NCBI GenBank assembly: GCA_040767965.1
Contig: JAXGNR010000005.1
Coordinates: 218,623-282,622 of the forward strand
From: Atribacterota bacterium
GTDB taxonomy: Bacteria; Atribacterota; Phoenicimicrobiia; Phoenicimicrobiales; Stramentimicrobiaceae
Direction of reading: 5' to 3'
Length of the DNA stretch: 64,000 nucleotides
Positions 22,680 to 32,737 of the stretch are shown here, one piece after another; the stretch's first letter is position 1; every line of letters starts with the position of its first letter. The notes beneath the pieces were generated by a model. The model made no database searches and had not been told where the DNA came from. It saw nothing but the letters and a program-made list of their open reading frames with translations. The position numbers and the translations under genes were made by a program.

Positions 22680-23344
22680 ATGAAGGGGGGTGTTTCCTTG
22701 AGGCGATCAAGGCGAATTTATAAAAGAAAAACAAGAACAAACTTAGAAACATTAATAATACTGGTTGGGGCAATTATGATACTTTCTGTTGCTTTTTACA
22801 TGGCTCGTGAAAAAAGCTTTTTACCACCAGAAGAAATAAAGATATCTACTCAGGACATAATTACCGAGGACACTTTACAAGCAGATGATACTGAACAATA
22901 TTATTTAGAAGAGCAAGGTATTTCAACTGATATTTTTGAAAGTGATAAAACACAGGTTACAGAACAACCTGCTAATATCAGGCCAAGAGAAATAGAAGAG
23001 ATTACCACTGAGACATTACCAGAACAAAGTAATGTTGCAGAAAAAAGGGAAGTTGCACTGTCTCCGGTTATTGAGAATACAACCCAGGACCGGCCGAGAA
23101 TTGAACCATCACAAAATATCCCTACTGGTTCAGCATTCACTGTTCAGGTTGGATTTTTTTCTGTAGAAGGCAATGCTCGTAATCTGGCATCTGAAATAGA
23201 AAAAGCGGATTTCAAACGTTTATTGTTCAGCTTAATAATTCGTTCAAAGTACAAGTAGGAGCTTATCCAACTAGAGAACAAGCTGAAAGAGCTGCCAAAG
23301 AATTAGAAAATAGCGGATATGAAGTATGGGTTACTCAGAGATAA
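22680..23344 (+). CDS. Membrane-anchored SPOR-domain protein (frameshift near 23205)
   Basis: N-terminal TM, acidic linker, FTVQVGFF..NA; a second half-repeat FKVQVGAYPTREQAERAAKEL..GYEVWV continues in another frame to TAA 23344. Confidence 0.75.
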
Positions 23345-23464
23345 AAAATATTTAGTGAAAAATACATGAATAAAATATTCTTTAACGCTTAAAAATACTT
23401 TTAGAAAATAAAGAACTTGCAAAAAACTATATATAAAATATTTTTTAAATAAAACTGGAGATAA

Positions 23465-24124
23465 ATGGTAATTAAAATAAAGAAAAAGCAAAAAAAAACA
23501 AATGTTCCCCAAGCAACGATCAATCGGTTGTCTATTTATCACAGGTCATTAGAATTATTGATTGAAGCCGAAGAAGGGAATATAGCTGAAAATATATCTT
23601 CTTCGGAGCTAGCAAAAATAACCGGGATAACCTCAAGCCAAATAAGAAAAGATCTGTCTTATTTTGGAGAATTTGGCAAAAGAGGAATTGGTTACCCTGT
23701 ACTTAAATTAATTGGTGTTCTTAGGGATATTTTAATTGCAAATAAAAAATGGGATGTAATTATGGTAGGAGCCGGGAATATCGGCAAAGCTTTCTTGCGA
23801 TATAAGGGGTTTCAAAAGAGAGGATTTACTATAAAAGCTGCCTTTGATATTGATAAAGATAAAATCGGAAAAACTATTGATTCAACAAAAGTTATTCATA
23901 TTCAGCATATGGAAAACTTTATAAAAGAAAATCGCATTAAAATTGGCATTATTACAGTTCCATCCGAATGCGCACAAGATGTTGCCGAGAAAATGATTGC
24001 CGGGGGAATTAAATCAATTTTAAACTTTGCCCCTGTCAGTATCCGTCATCCAAAAAATGTGAGAGTAAACCATATAGACATTGCAATTGAACTTGAGAAA
24101 TTAGTTTACTACCTAAAAAAATAA
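23465..24124 (+). CDS. rex: Redox-sensing transcriptional repressor Rex
   Basis: ATINRLSIY, QIRKDLSYFGEFGKRGIGY, VGAGNIG, ILNFAP. Confidence 0.96.
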   Translation: MVIKIKKKQKKTNVPQATINRLSIYHRSLELLIEAEEGNIAENISSSELAKITGITSSQIRKDLSYFGEFGKRGIGYPVLKLIGVLRDILIANKKWDVIMVGAGNIGKAFLRYKGFQKRGFTIKAAFDIDKDKIGKTIDSTKVIHIQHMENFIKENRIKIGIITVPSECAQDVAEKMIAGGIKSILNFAPVSIRHPKNVRVNHIDIAIELEKLVYYLKK

Positions 24125-24181
24125 CTCCCTCTTTTTACTTTCTTCCTCAATTAAAATAATAACAGAAATCTGTAAAGCCAT

Positions 24182-24211
24182 TTGACATTAAGCAAATCTT
24201 TGTGATAAAAT
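24182..24211 (+). promoter_or_regulatory. sigma70 promoter of the regulator-hnd-fdh operon
   Basis: TTGACA-18 nt-TAAAAT with extended TG. Confidence 0.7.
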
Positions 24212-24225
24212 TCTTTAAGTTAGTA

Positions 24226-24243
24226 TTGTGATTAATTTCACAA
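24226..24243. promoter_or_regulatory. Rex operator
   Basis: TTGTGATTAATTTCACAA, one mismatch from TTGTGAA-N4-TTCACAA; 100 bp downstream of rex and just downstream of the promoter. Confidence 0.85.
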
Positions 24244-24316
24244 TGTTTTAAAATTAACTAATGATTTTCTGCCCAATAGGATAATACCTATAATAAAATA
24301 TAAAAAAAGAGGAAAA

Positions 24317-24655
24317 ATGAAGATAAAAGATATCGCAGCAATATTAGAAGCAGAAATATTAACTGGAGAATCATATTTAGATGTAGAAGTCGAAGAGTTT
24401 GCAGTAAGCGACTTGTTAAGTGATGTTTTGACGCTTAATAAGGAAAATTTTTTATTACTAACAGGACTGACTACCCAGCAAGTAGTGAGAACAATAGAGA
24501 TTGCCGGTGGAATTGGAGTGGTATTTATGAGAGGAAAAACACCAGAACAAGAAGCTATAGGGCTAGCCCGATCTCACCGCATTCCATTGCTTATGACTTC
24601 AAAAACGACATTTGAAGCCTGCCAAAAAATAATAGAGGCTATGAATAAAAAATAA
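24317..24655 (+). CDS. DRTGG-domain protein
   Basis: SDLLSDVL..LLLTGL..Q motif typical of DRTGG proteins found before Hnd/Hyd operons. Confidence 0.8.
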   Translation: MKIKDIAAILEAEILTGESYLDVEVEEFAVSDLLSDVLTLNKENFLLLTGLTTQQVVRTIEIAGGIGVVFMRGKTPEQEAIGLARSHRIPLLMTSKTTFEACQKIIEAMNKK

Positions 24656-24659
24656 TAAA

Positions 24660-25592
24660 ATGACAATACTACATTCAAAAGAAAAATTAACCCTTGCAAA
24701 CGAACTTATTTATGAACTAAAAGTAAAAGATGCTATGACTAAAAATGTAATAAATTTTAGTCCAGACACTACTTTTCGTCTCATTCAAAAAGCTATGAAA
24801 AAGAATAAAATATCAGGCGTCCCTATTCTTGATGAAAACAAGGGCATTATAGGTATTGTAAGCATTGATAATGTTATTTCAGCTTTAGATGAAAATTATA
24901 TAAATGAGCCTGTAGAAAAACACATGACTAAAGAAGTTGTTACTATCCCTCAGAATTATTCCCTAGTTTCTGCCATAAAAAAATTTGATAAATATAAATA
25001 TGGTAGATTGCCAGTTACAAAAAATGCCAATTCTAACGAAATAGTTGGAATTTTAACGATGGGTGATATTTTAAACTATTTATTATTTACCATACAATCA
25101 ATTGCAGAAAAAGTTGAAGAAAAAGAAGAAAAAAACAATTTAATTTCAGAAAATATGATCAAGCAGAATCTTAAAAAATTTTTAAGATTTGAAGTAAAAA
25201 AAGCTGATTTTGATAATGCAGGACAAGTTGCGAGTATCATCAGAAACTATTTGCAAAAAATAAGTCTTGATAACAAAATATTGCGAAGAGTAGCAATTAT
25301 TTGCTATGAAGCTGAAATGAATATCAGTATTCATTCTCTGGGTGGATATATCTCCGTTGAAATAAGCGAATCTGAAATTTCTATCACAGCTAAAGATTTT
25401 GGTCCAGGAATACCTGATATAGAACAGGCGGTAAAGCCGGGTTTTACTACAGCATCTGAACAAATCAGGGCTTTAGGCTTTGGTGCAGGAATGGGGTTGC
25501 CAAACATAAAAAAATGCGCTGATCATTTTTGCCTGGAATCATCAATGGAAACAGGAACTACTTTAAAAGCCATTGTTTATATAGGGAGGTAA
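24660..25592 (+). CDS. CBS-pair fused to an RsbT-like serine kinase/anti-sigma (HATPase_c)
   Basis: Two CBS repeats (VKDAMT..SGVPI; HMT..RLPV), then DFDNAG..YEAEMN, DFGPGI, GFGAGMGLPN. Confidence 0.82.
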   Translation: MTILHSKEKLTLANELIYELKVKDAMTKNVINFSPDTTFRLIQKAMKKNKISGVPILDENKGIIGIVSIDNVISALDENYINEPVEKHMTKEVVTIPQNYSLVSAIKKFDKYKYGRLPVTKNANSNEIVGILTMGDILNYLLFTIQSIAEKVEEKEEKNNLISENMIKQNLKKFLRFEVKKADFDNAGQVASIIRNYLQKISLDNKILRRVAIICYEAEMNISIHSLGGYISVEISESEISITAKDFGPGIPDIEQAVKPGFTTASEQIRALGFGAGMGLPNIKKCADHFCLESSMETGTTLKAIVYIGR

Positions 25593-25595
25593 AAA

Positions 25596-25940
25596 GTGAA
25601 ATTAAGTAATATAATTGATAACCTGTGTTTACAGAAAATCTTATTTGATTCTGACATTGAAATAAAAGCAGGATATTCTGGTGATTTAATGTCTGATGTT
25701 ATAGCAAATGCTTTCCCTGACAGTATCTGGATCACTATTCAGGCCCACCGAAATAGCATTGCCGTTGCCTTGATTAAAGAAATAAAAGCTATAATTTTTA
25801 CCAACAACATAGAAATAAACAAGGATTTAATAGAGAAAGCGAAGGAAGAAAATATAAGCCTCTTGAGAACGGAAAAAAATTCATTTCAAATTTCCGGATT
25901 ATTATACAAGATGCTGGAGGGGAATTCTGAAAAAAATTGA
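25596..25940 (+). CDS. DRTGG-like / HPr-kinase N-terminal-like protein
   Basis: GYSGDLMSDV..WITIQAHRN..VA. Confidence 0.78.
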   Translation: MKLSNIIDNLCLQKILFDSDIEIKAGYSGDLMSDVIANAFPDSIWITIQAHRNSIAVALIKEIKAIIFTNNIEINKDLIEKAKEENISLLRTEKNSFQISGLLYKMLEGNSEKN

Positions 25941-26649
25941 TTTGCATATACATTCATCTTTATCAGCTTGCGGTTCTGATGTAATGTCACCAGGACAAAT
26001 TTTAAATGAAGCATTGGAAAAAGGTCTTGGTTTAATTTCAATTACCGACCATAACGCAACATGTCATTCAAAGATTCTCCATCAGCTAGCAAAAAAAGAA
26101 AAAATAAACAGTTTGTTAGGAGTGGAATTGACAACAAAAGAAGAAGTACATTTGCTTGGCTATTTCCCGGATGAAAATAGTTTCGATGAAATAGAAAATA
26201 AGATAAATGAATGCTTACCAAAAAAAGATAACATGCCAGGTTTTTTTGGCTATCAATTAATATATGATAGAACTGACCAAATAGTAGGAATAGATTCTAA
26301 ATTCAGGCAGAATGCTCTGCAAATAGGTATTGATGATCTGGTAGATTTTATTCATAGCATTGGAGGCCTGGCTATCCCAGCACACATTAACAGGAAACAT
26401 TGTGGTTTAATTAATCAGATTGGATTTTTAGATTCTTTCAGTGAATTTGATGCTGTTGAGTTGTCAAAAGACGAATGGCAGAAAAAACAAAATAAATTTG
26501 GGGATACCTTGAATGGGTTCCCAATTATTAGCGGATCAGATAGTCATTTTATAGAGGATATTGGATTATTTTTTCTGGAAATTGCAGACAGCTTTGATAT
26601 GAATAATTTTTATTCGTTTAAAAAAATATTAGAAGGTATTAAATCTTGA
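25927..26649 (+). CDS. PHP-domain phosphoesterase (probable CTG start)
   Basis: (M)KKIDLHIHS, ITDHN, GVE..EVH, PAH, SDSH; GGAGG lies 6 nt before in-frame CTG 25927. Confidence 0.82.
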   Translation: MKKIDLHIHSSLSACGSDVMSPGQILNEALEKGLGLISITDHNATCHSKILHQLAKKEKINSLLGVELTTKEEVHLLGYFPDENSFDEIENKINECLPKKDNMPGFFGYQLIYDRTDQIVGIDSKFRQNALQIGIDDLVDFIHSIGGLAIPAHINRKHCGLINQIGFLDSFSEFDAVELSKDEWQKKQNKFGDTLNGFPIISGSDSHFIEDIGLFFLEIADSFDMNNFYSFKKILEGIKS

Positions 26650-27182
26650 AAAATATTGCTGATCATATGTTTGATATTTTTGAAAATTCTGTTAACGCCA
26701 AGGCGACCGAAGTAAAAATAATTATAAGTTATGAAAATAATATTTTTTTCTGTAGTATAAGCGATAATGGTTTTGGGATAAGTGGACCAGAAGTATTGGA
26801 TCCTTTTTATACAACCAGAAAAACCAGGAAAGTGGGATTGGGTTTGCCTTTATTAAAAAAGACCACAGAGGATACCGGTGGATATTTAAAGGTCAACAGA
26901 ATTAATGAAAATGGAGGAACTTATTTAGAATTTAAAATAAATATGTCCCATATCGATGCAAAGCCTTTTGGTGATCTAAGCAATGCATTTTTAGACATAA
27001 TTTTTGCCTGGCCTGATATTAATCTAAAAATATATTTTGAAAAATATCATCAAAAAAAAATAATTTTTAATGCTGAAAAAATTAAAAAACAAATGGAAAA
27101 GGATAAAACTGCTTTTTTTGAAATAAGAAATAGAATTTCCTGTATATTAAAAGATGAATTCAACAAAATAGGTATTTTGTAA
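26646..27182 (+). CDS. Stand-alone HATPase_c (histidine-kinase-like) protein
   Basis: DIFENSV, DNGFG, DPFYTTRKTRKVGLGLP, HID..PFGD. Confidence 0.82.
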   Translation: MKNIADHMFDIFENSVNAKATEVKIIISYENNIFFCSISDNGFGISGPEVLDPFYTTRKTRKVGLGLPLLKKTTEDTGGYLKVNRINENGGTYLEFKINMSHIDAKPFGDLSNAFLDIIFAWPDINLKIYFEKYHQKKIIFNAEKIKKQMEKDKTAFFEIRNRISCILKDEFNKIGIL

Positions 27183-27225
27183 TATCAAATATATTATATT
27201 AATTTTTATTTTGAATGGAGGAAGA

Positions 27226-27600
27226 ATGAAAAATTTAGAAGAGTTAAAAATGATGAGAGAAAAGGTTAAAAAAGACCTTGAGCTCAGATCAGGGGAGCAC
27301 CGTGTGAAAATAGTGGTAGGGATGGGAAGCTGCGGAATAGCAGCAGGTGCCAGAGAAACAATGACTGAATTTTTAGAATTAATTGAAAAAAATAAAAAAA
27401 CAGATATTATTGTTACTGCCTCTGGATGCTTTGGTTTTTGTGCGCAAGAGCCGATGGTTATTATTTATGTTGAAAAAGAGAAGCCAATTACTTATAAAAA
27501 TGTTGATAAGGATGCTGCCAAAGAAATATTTTCAGAACATGTGATAAATAATCGAATTACAGAAAAATATCTATTTTCAAAGGGGAAAAACGATGAGTGA
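27226..27600 (+). CDS. HndB-like thioredoxin-fold ferredoxin subunit
   Basis: VGMGSCGIAAGA, GCFGFCAQEP. Confidence 0.85.
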   Translation: MKNLEELKMMREKVKKDLELRSGEHRVKIVVGMGSCGIAAGARETMTEFLELIEKNKKTDIIVTASGCFGFCAQEPMVIIYVEKEKPITYKNVDKDAAKEIFSEHVINNRITEKYLFSKGKNDE

Positions 27601-28090
27601 AACCATCATAAAAGAAAAAAATAAAATATTAGAAGAAGAAAAGTATAAAAGTTTAAAAAACTATATAAAAGAAAATAAAAACAGAAAAGATTTTTTGATA
27701 CCGGTTCTATATAAAGCTCAGGATCTTTTTAACTACCTTTCTCCAGAAGTTCAGGAATTTATCTCTCGGGAGATGAATATATCGGAAAGTGAAGTTTTTG
27801 GCGTAGCCACTTTTTATTCATATTTTAAAACAAAGCCTGTTGGCAGACATACGATAACTGTTTGTATGGGGACAGCCTGTTATGTTAAAGGTGCTAAAAA
27901 AATAATGGAAGAATTACAAAAGATATTAAAAATAAAAGAAGGTGAAACAACAAAAGATTTGAGGTTTACACTTGGTTCTCAGCCGTGTTTTGGTTCATGT
28001 GGTATGGCACCGGTAATTATGATTGATAGTAATGTGCATGGCCGATTAACCCCTGACAAATTAAATTCAATTTTAGAGAAATATAAATAA
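27593..28090 (+). CDS. NuoE/HndA/HydC-like [2Fe-2S] subunit
   Basis: GVATFYS, CMGTACYVKG, CFGSCGMAP. Confidence 0.9.
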   Translation: MSETIIKEKNKILEEEKYKSLKNYIKENKNRKDFLIPVLYKAQDLFNYLSPEVQEFISREMNISESEVFGVATFYSYFKTKPVGRHTITVCMGTACYVKGAKKIMEELQKILKIKEGETTKDLRFTLGSQPCFGSCGMAPVIMIDSNVHGRLTPDKLNSILEKYK

Positions 28091-28108
28091 TTGGTAAGGA
28101 GCATATCA

Positions 28109-29905
28109 ATGATTAAAAAAATAAGAACACAGCTTCTGTTGTGTTATGGTACATCATGTATTTCTAATGGAGCTGCTGAAGTAAAAATAGCCTTGGAAAA
28201 ATCACTAAAGGAATTTAAGTTAGAAAACGAGGTAGAAATAATCACTACTGGTTGTATGGGTATATGTGAGTTAGGCCCTGTTATGATGGTTTACCCGGAT
28301 GGGATTTTCTATCAAAAAATCAAACCAGAAGATGCTCCGGAAATAATTCAGGAACATATCTTAAAAGGAAGAGTAGTTCAGAGACTTTTCTATAAAAAAC
28401 CAAAAACAGAAGAATTGGTTGATATGATTGAAGGAATAGATTTTTTTAAACTTCAAAAGAGAATTGCCCGTAGAAACTGTGGAATTATTGATGTAAACAG
28501 TATAGATGAGTATATTGGGGCTGATGGTTTTATGGCGTTAGGGAAAGCATTAACCCAAATGACACCCAGCGAAGTCGTAGATGAAGTTAAAAAATCAGGA
28601 TTACGAGGAAGAGGAGGAGCAGGATTCCCAACTGGATTAAAATGGGAGTTTGCAGCAAAAGCACCGGGAAAGCAAAAATATATTCTTTGCAACTCTGATG
28701 AAGGTGACCCTGGCGCATTTATGGATAGAAGCATGTTAGAGGGGGACTCCTTTAGTGTATTAGAAGCTATGATGATAGGAGGCTATGCTATTGGTGCTAA
28801 CCAGGGGTATATTTATGTAAGAGCTGAATATCCTCTTGCAATAGAAAGATTAAAAATTGCAGTAAATGAAATGAGAAAACATGAACTTCTAGGGGAAAAT
28901 ATATTAGGAACAGGTTTTGATTTTGATGTAGAGATCAGGATGGGAGCAGGTGCTTTTGTCTGTGGTGAAGAAACTGCTTTAATGCGCTCTATTGAAGGCA
29001 AAAGAGGCGAACCAAGACCAAGACCTCCTTTTCCTGCCAACAAAGGGCTATTTGAATGCCCAACTGTTTTGAATAATGTGGAAACATTAGCAAACATTCC
29101 TTATATAATTTTAAACGGAGCCGAAGATTTTGCGTCTGTAGGAACAGAAAAAAGTAAAGGGACAAAAATATTTGCTTTAGCAGGAAATATTCATAATACT
29201 GGATTAATAGAAGTTCCAATTGGAATTACTTTAAGAGATATAGTATACAAAATAGGAGGAGGAATCCCAGATAATAAAAAATTTAAAGCCGTACAGATTG
29301 GAGGGCCTTCAGGAGGGTGTATACCTGAACAACATCTTGATGCAGTTGTAGATTACGAATCACTAAAAGCATTAGGGGCAATTATGGGGTCTGGAGGCTT
29401 AATCGTGATGGATGAAGATACATGTATGGTTGATATAGCCCGTTATTTTATGAATTTTATACAGGATGAATCTTGTGGTAAGTGCACTCCTTGCCGTGAA
29501 GGTACCAGGGTCATGCTGGATATATTAACAAGGATATGCGAAGGGAAAGGAAAGATGGAAGATTTGGATACTCTGGAATCTCTTTCATATAGCATAAAAG
29601 ATTCATCATTATGCGGACTGGGACAGACTGCCCCGAACCCGGTCCTGTCAACGCTCCAATATTTTAAAGATGAATATATTGAACATATAAAAGAAAAAAA
29701 GTGCAGAGCTGGAGTTTGTCATAATTTAATAAAATATGAAATAGATCCGGAAAAATGTACTGGATGTACTGTTTGTGCTAAAAAATGTCCGGTTGACGCA
29801 ATTTCGGGAGAAAAAAAACATCCCCATAAGATTGATCAAAATAAATGTATAAAATGCGGTGCCTGTTATGAAGCTTGTAAATTTGGAGCAATATATAAGT
29901 TTTAG
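28109..29905 (+). CDS. NuoF/HndC/HydB-like FMN/NAD(H) subunit, long (bifurcating-type) form
   Basis: N-terminal thioredoxin-like [2Fe-2S] (C..C..GCMGIC), LRGRGGAGFPTG, DEGDPGAFMDR, GAFVCGEE, ESCGKCTPCR, C-terminal 2x[4Fe-4S]. Confidence 0.92.
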   Translation: MIKKIRTQLLLCYGTSCISNGAAEVKIALEKSLKEFKLENEVEIITTGCMGICELGPVMMVYPDGIFYQKIKPEDAPEIIQEHILKGRVVQRLFYKKPKTEELVDMIEGIDFFKLQKRIARRNCGIIDVNSIDEYIGADGFMALGKALTQMTPSEVVDEVKKSGLRGRGGAGFPTGLKWEFAAKAPGKQKYILCNSDEGDPGAFMDRSMLEGDSFSVLEAMMIGGYAIGANQGYIYVRAEYPLAIERLKIAVNEMRKHELLGENILGTGFDFDVEIRMGAGAFVCGEETALMRSIEGKRGEPRPRPPFPANKGLFECPTVLNNVETLANIPYIILNGAEDFASVGTEKSKGTKIFALAGNIHNTGLIEVPIGITLRDIVYKIGGGIPDNKKFKAVQIGGPSGGCIPEQHLDAVVDYESLKALGAIMGSGGLIVMDEDTCMVDIARYFMNFIQDESCGKCTPCREGTRVMLDILTRICEGKGKMEDLDTLESLSYSIKDSSLCGLGQTAPNPVLSTLQYFKDEYIEHIKEKKCRAGVCHNLIKYEIDPEKCTGCTVCAKKCPVDAISGEKKHPHKIDQNKCIKCGACYEACKFGAIYKF

Positions 29906-29943
29906 TATATGTATTTTAAATATTTTACAGAAGGAGAGAAACG

Positions 29944-32679
29944 ATGAAAGAAGTGAAGGTGACCATTGACGGAAAAACAGTGAAAGCTGAAGAAGGGCAA
30001 ACAATTTTGGAAGTTGCCAAAAACAATGGTATTCGAATACCTACCTTGTGCGCTATGCAGGAGATTAATCACTACCCGGGCTCTTGCCGTATGTGTGTAG
30101 TGGAAATAGAAGGAATGGCTTGTCTACCTGCTTCTTGCGTTTACCCTGTACGTGAAGGCATGATAATCTGTACAAATAATGAGAGAGTAAGAAAAGCCCG
30201 TAAAACAATACTGGAACTCTTAATAAGCACCCATCCTCTTGATTGTATGACTTGTGAAAAAAATGGTGAATGCGATTTACAGGATTTAGCTTATGAATAT
30301 GGCATTAAAGAATCTAGTTTTGGCAGAAAAGAGAAAAATTTCCCGATTGATAACAGTAACCCTTTTATATTAAGAGATTTGAATAAGTGTATCCTTTGTC
30401 GAAGATGTATAGAAGTTTGCAATGAAGTGCAGCAATCAAAAGCTATAGGAGTTGGATTTCGTGGGAGCAAATCTGAAATAATTGCAGGCCTGGGAAATAA
30501 GCTGGGCCATGAAACAAATATAACAATTGGCTCTGTTGAAAACCCTGATTATTCCAGATGTGTTTCCTGCGGGCAATGTGTAGCCGTTTGTCCGGTGGGG
30601 GCATTAACAGATAAATCTGCTGTAGGAAAAGGCAGGGTATGGGAATTTGAAAAAGTTTATACAACCTGCAATTATTGCGGGTGTGGTTGTGGGTTTGACC
30701 TGAATATAAAAGATGGAAAAGTAATTAAAGTAACTTCTAATCCTGATAGTATAGTAAATGGAATAAATCTTTGTGTTAAAGGACGTTTTGGTAATGATTA
30801 TATTAATAGGGAAGATCGAATAAAAACACCTTTAGCGAGAAAGAATGGAAAATTAGAACCTGTAACCTGGGAAGAAGCACTGGACCTGATAAGTGATAAA
30901 TTTGGTAAAATCAAGAAAGAATACGGTAGTGATAGCCTGGCAGTTTTATCTTCAGCAAAATGTACAAATGAAGAAAATTACTTGCTTATGAAATTTGGAA
31001 GAGCAGTTCTGGGTACAAATAATGTTGATCATTGTGCAAGGCTCTGCCATTCAGCAACTGTTGCCGGATTAGCGCAATCTTTTGGCAGTGGTGCTATGAC
31101 TAATTCCATTAAAGAGATTGCCCACGCTTCAGTAATTTACCTGACCGGATCCAACACTACTGAAAATCATCCTATTATTGCATTGGAAATAAAGAAAGCA
31201 GTAACTAAAAATGGAGCTAAGCTAATTGTAGCCGATCCTAGAGAAATAGAACTTACCAAGTATGCTACGCTTTGGCTTAGGCAAAAACCAGGCACAGATG
31301 TAGCTTTATTCAATGGTTTGATGAATGTAATTATAACTGAAGGACTTGAAGACAAAAAATTTATTGAAGAAAGAACTGAAGACTATGATAGGATGAAGGA
31401 AATTGTTCTTAAATACACCCCTGAATTAGTTGAAAAGATTACAGGAATACCAGCTGATGATATAAGAGAGGCTGCCAGAATATATGCTACAGGTCCTGAT
31501 ACTTCCTTAATTTACTCTATGGGAATAACCCAGCACACCAGCGGTACTGATAATGTTCTTTCAACTGCAAATATTGCCATGCTAACCGGGAATGTGGGAA
31601 AAGAAAATTCTGGAGTAAACCCGCTGAGAGGACAGAGTAATGTGCAGGGAGCTTGCGATATGGGGGCTTTACCAAATGTTTATTCAGGTTACCAGGCTGT
31701 AACAAATCCTGAAGTCCAAGAGAAGTTTTCAAAAGCATGGGGAGCTGATTTATCGGATAAATTAGGATTGACTGTAGTTGAAATCCTTAATGCAGCCTAT
31801 GAGGGAAAGATAAAAGGAATTTTTATTATGGCAGAAAATCCGGCTATGTCAGATCCTGATTTAAACCATGCCCGTGAAGCCTTAAAAAAGACTGAATTTT
31901 TAGTTGTATCAGATATTTTTATGACTGAAACAGCTGAAATGGCTGATGTAGTCTTGCCAGGTGTAAGCTTTGCTGAAAAAGACGGCACTATTACTAATAC
32001 CGAGAGAAGAGTGCAAAGATTTCATAAGGCAGTTGAACCTATCGGCAACGCAAAACCAGAATGGCAGATAATTTGTGATCTTTCACAAAAAATGGGGTAT
32101 AAGATGAAATATAACAATCCTGCAGAAATAATGGAAGAAATTGCCAGCTTAACTCCCATTTATGGTGGTATATTTTATCCCAGACTTGAAAAAGAAGGAC
32201 TGCAATGGCCATGTCCTGATATTAATCATCCGGGAACAAAGTTCCTGCATAAAGATAAATTCAGTAGAGGCAAAGGAAAATTTTTCCCCATTGAATACAG
32301 AGATGCTGCAGAACTTCCAGACGATGAGTATCCTTTGATTTTTACTACAGGTAGAGTATTGTATCATTTCCATACTGGCACAATTTCTCGAAAATCAAAA
32401 GGTTTAAACGAAGTATACAAAGAAGCCTTAGTTGAAATCAGCCCTAATGATGCTAAAGAACTAAAGATTAAAGACGGTGAGATGGTTGAAGTTACCTCTC
32501 GTAGAGGTAAAATTAAAGCAAAGGCAAAAGTAACAGATAAATCAGGCAAGGGTGTAGTATTCATGAATTTTCATTTCCATGAAGCTGCTGCAAATTTATT
32601 AACAAATGCAGCTCTTGATCCAGTTTCCAAAATACCAGAATATAAAGTATGTGCAGTAAAAATAAAAAAAGTATCTTAG
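29944..32679 (+). CDS. fdhF: Formate dehydrogenase alpha subunit (Mo/W-bisPGD, Cys-type) with N-terminal NuoG-like Fe-S domain
   Basis: N-terminal [2Fe-2S]/[4Fe-4S] motifs, [19 protein letters not shown] (Cys codon TGC), [21 protein letters not shown]. Confidence 0.93.
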   Translation: MKEVKVTIDGKTVKAEEGQTILEVAKNNGIRIPTLCAMQEINHYPGSCRMCVVEIEGMACLPASCVYPVREGMIICTNNERVRKARKTILELLISTHPLDCMTCEKNGECDLQDLAYEYGIKESSFGRKEKNFPIDNSNPFILRDLNKCILCRRCIEVCNEVQQSKAIGVGFRGSKSEIIAGLGNKLGHETNITIGSVENPDYSRCVSCGQCVAVCPVGALTDKSAVGKGRVWEFEKVYTTCNYCGCGCGFDLNIKDGKVIKVTSNPDSIVNGINLCVKGRFGNDYINREDRIKTPLARKNGKLEPVTWEEALDLISDKFGKIKKEYGSDSLAVLSSAKCTNEENYLLMKFGRAVLGTNNVDHCARLCHSATVAGLAQSFGSGAMTNSIKEIAHASVIYLTGSNTTENHPIIALEIKKAVTKNGAKLIVADPREIELTKYATLWLRQKPGTDVALFNGLMNVIITEGLEDKKFIEERTEDYDRMKEIVLKYTPELVEKITGIPADDIREAARIYATGPDTSLIYSMGITQHTSGTDNVLSTANIAMLTGNVGKENSGVNPLRGQSNVQGACDMGALPNVYSGYQAVTNPEVQEKFSKAWGADLSDKLGLTVVEILNAAYEGKIKGIFIMAENPAMSDPDLNHAREALKKTEFLVVSDIFMTETAEMADVVLPGVSFAEKDGTITNTERRVQRFHKAVEPIGNAKPEWQIICDLSQKMGYKMKYNNPAEIMEEIASLTPIYGGIFYPRLEKEGLQWPCPDINHPGTKFLHKDKFSRGKGKFFPIEYRDAAELPDDEYPLIFTTGRVLYHFHTGTISRKSKGLNEVYKEALVEISPNDAKELKIKDGEMVEVTSRRGKIKAKAKVTDKSGKGVVFMNFHFHEAAANLLTNAALDPVSKIPEYKVCAVKIKKVS

Positions 32680-32737
32680 TATAAAAAATTAAATGAAAAT
32701 AATATTTTTTAATAAATATTAAAAACCTGGAGATTAA

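Noticed and set aside
23195-23215. Frameshift in the SPOR protein (also fdhD ~33770 and rsmA ~50570-50615) as phase variation or pseudogenes
   Set aside because: Same pattern of scattered indels in otherwise intact genes; consistent with long-read error. Not provable without reads.
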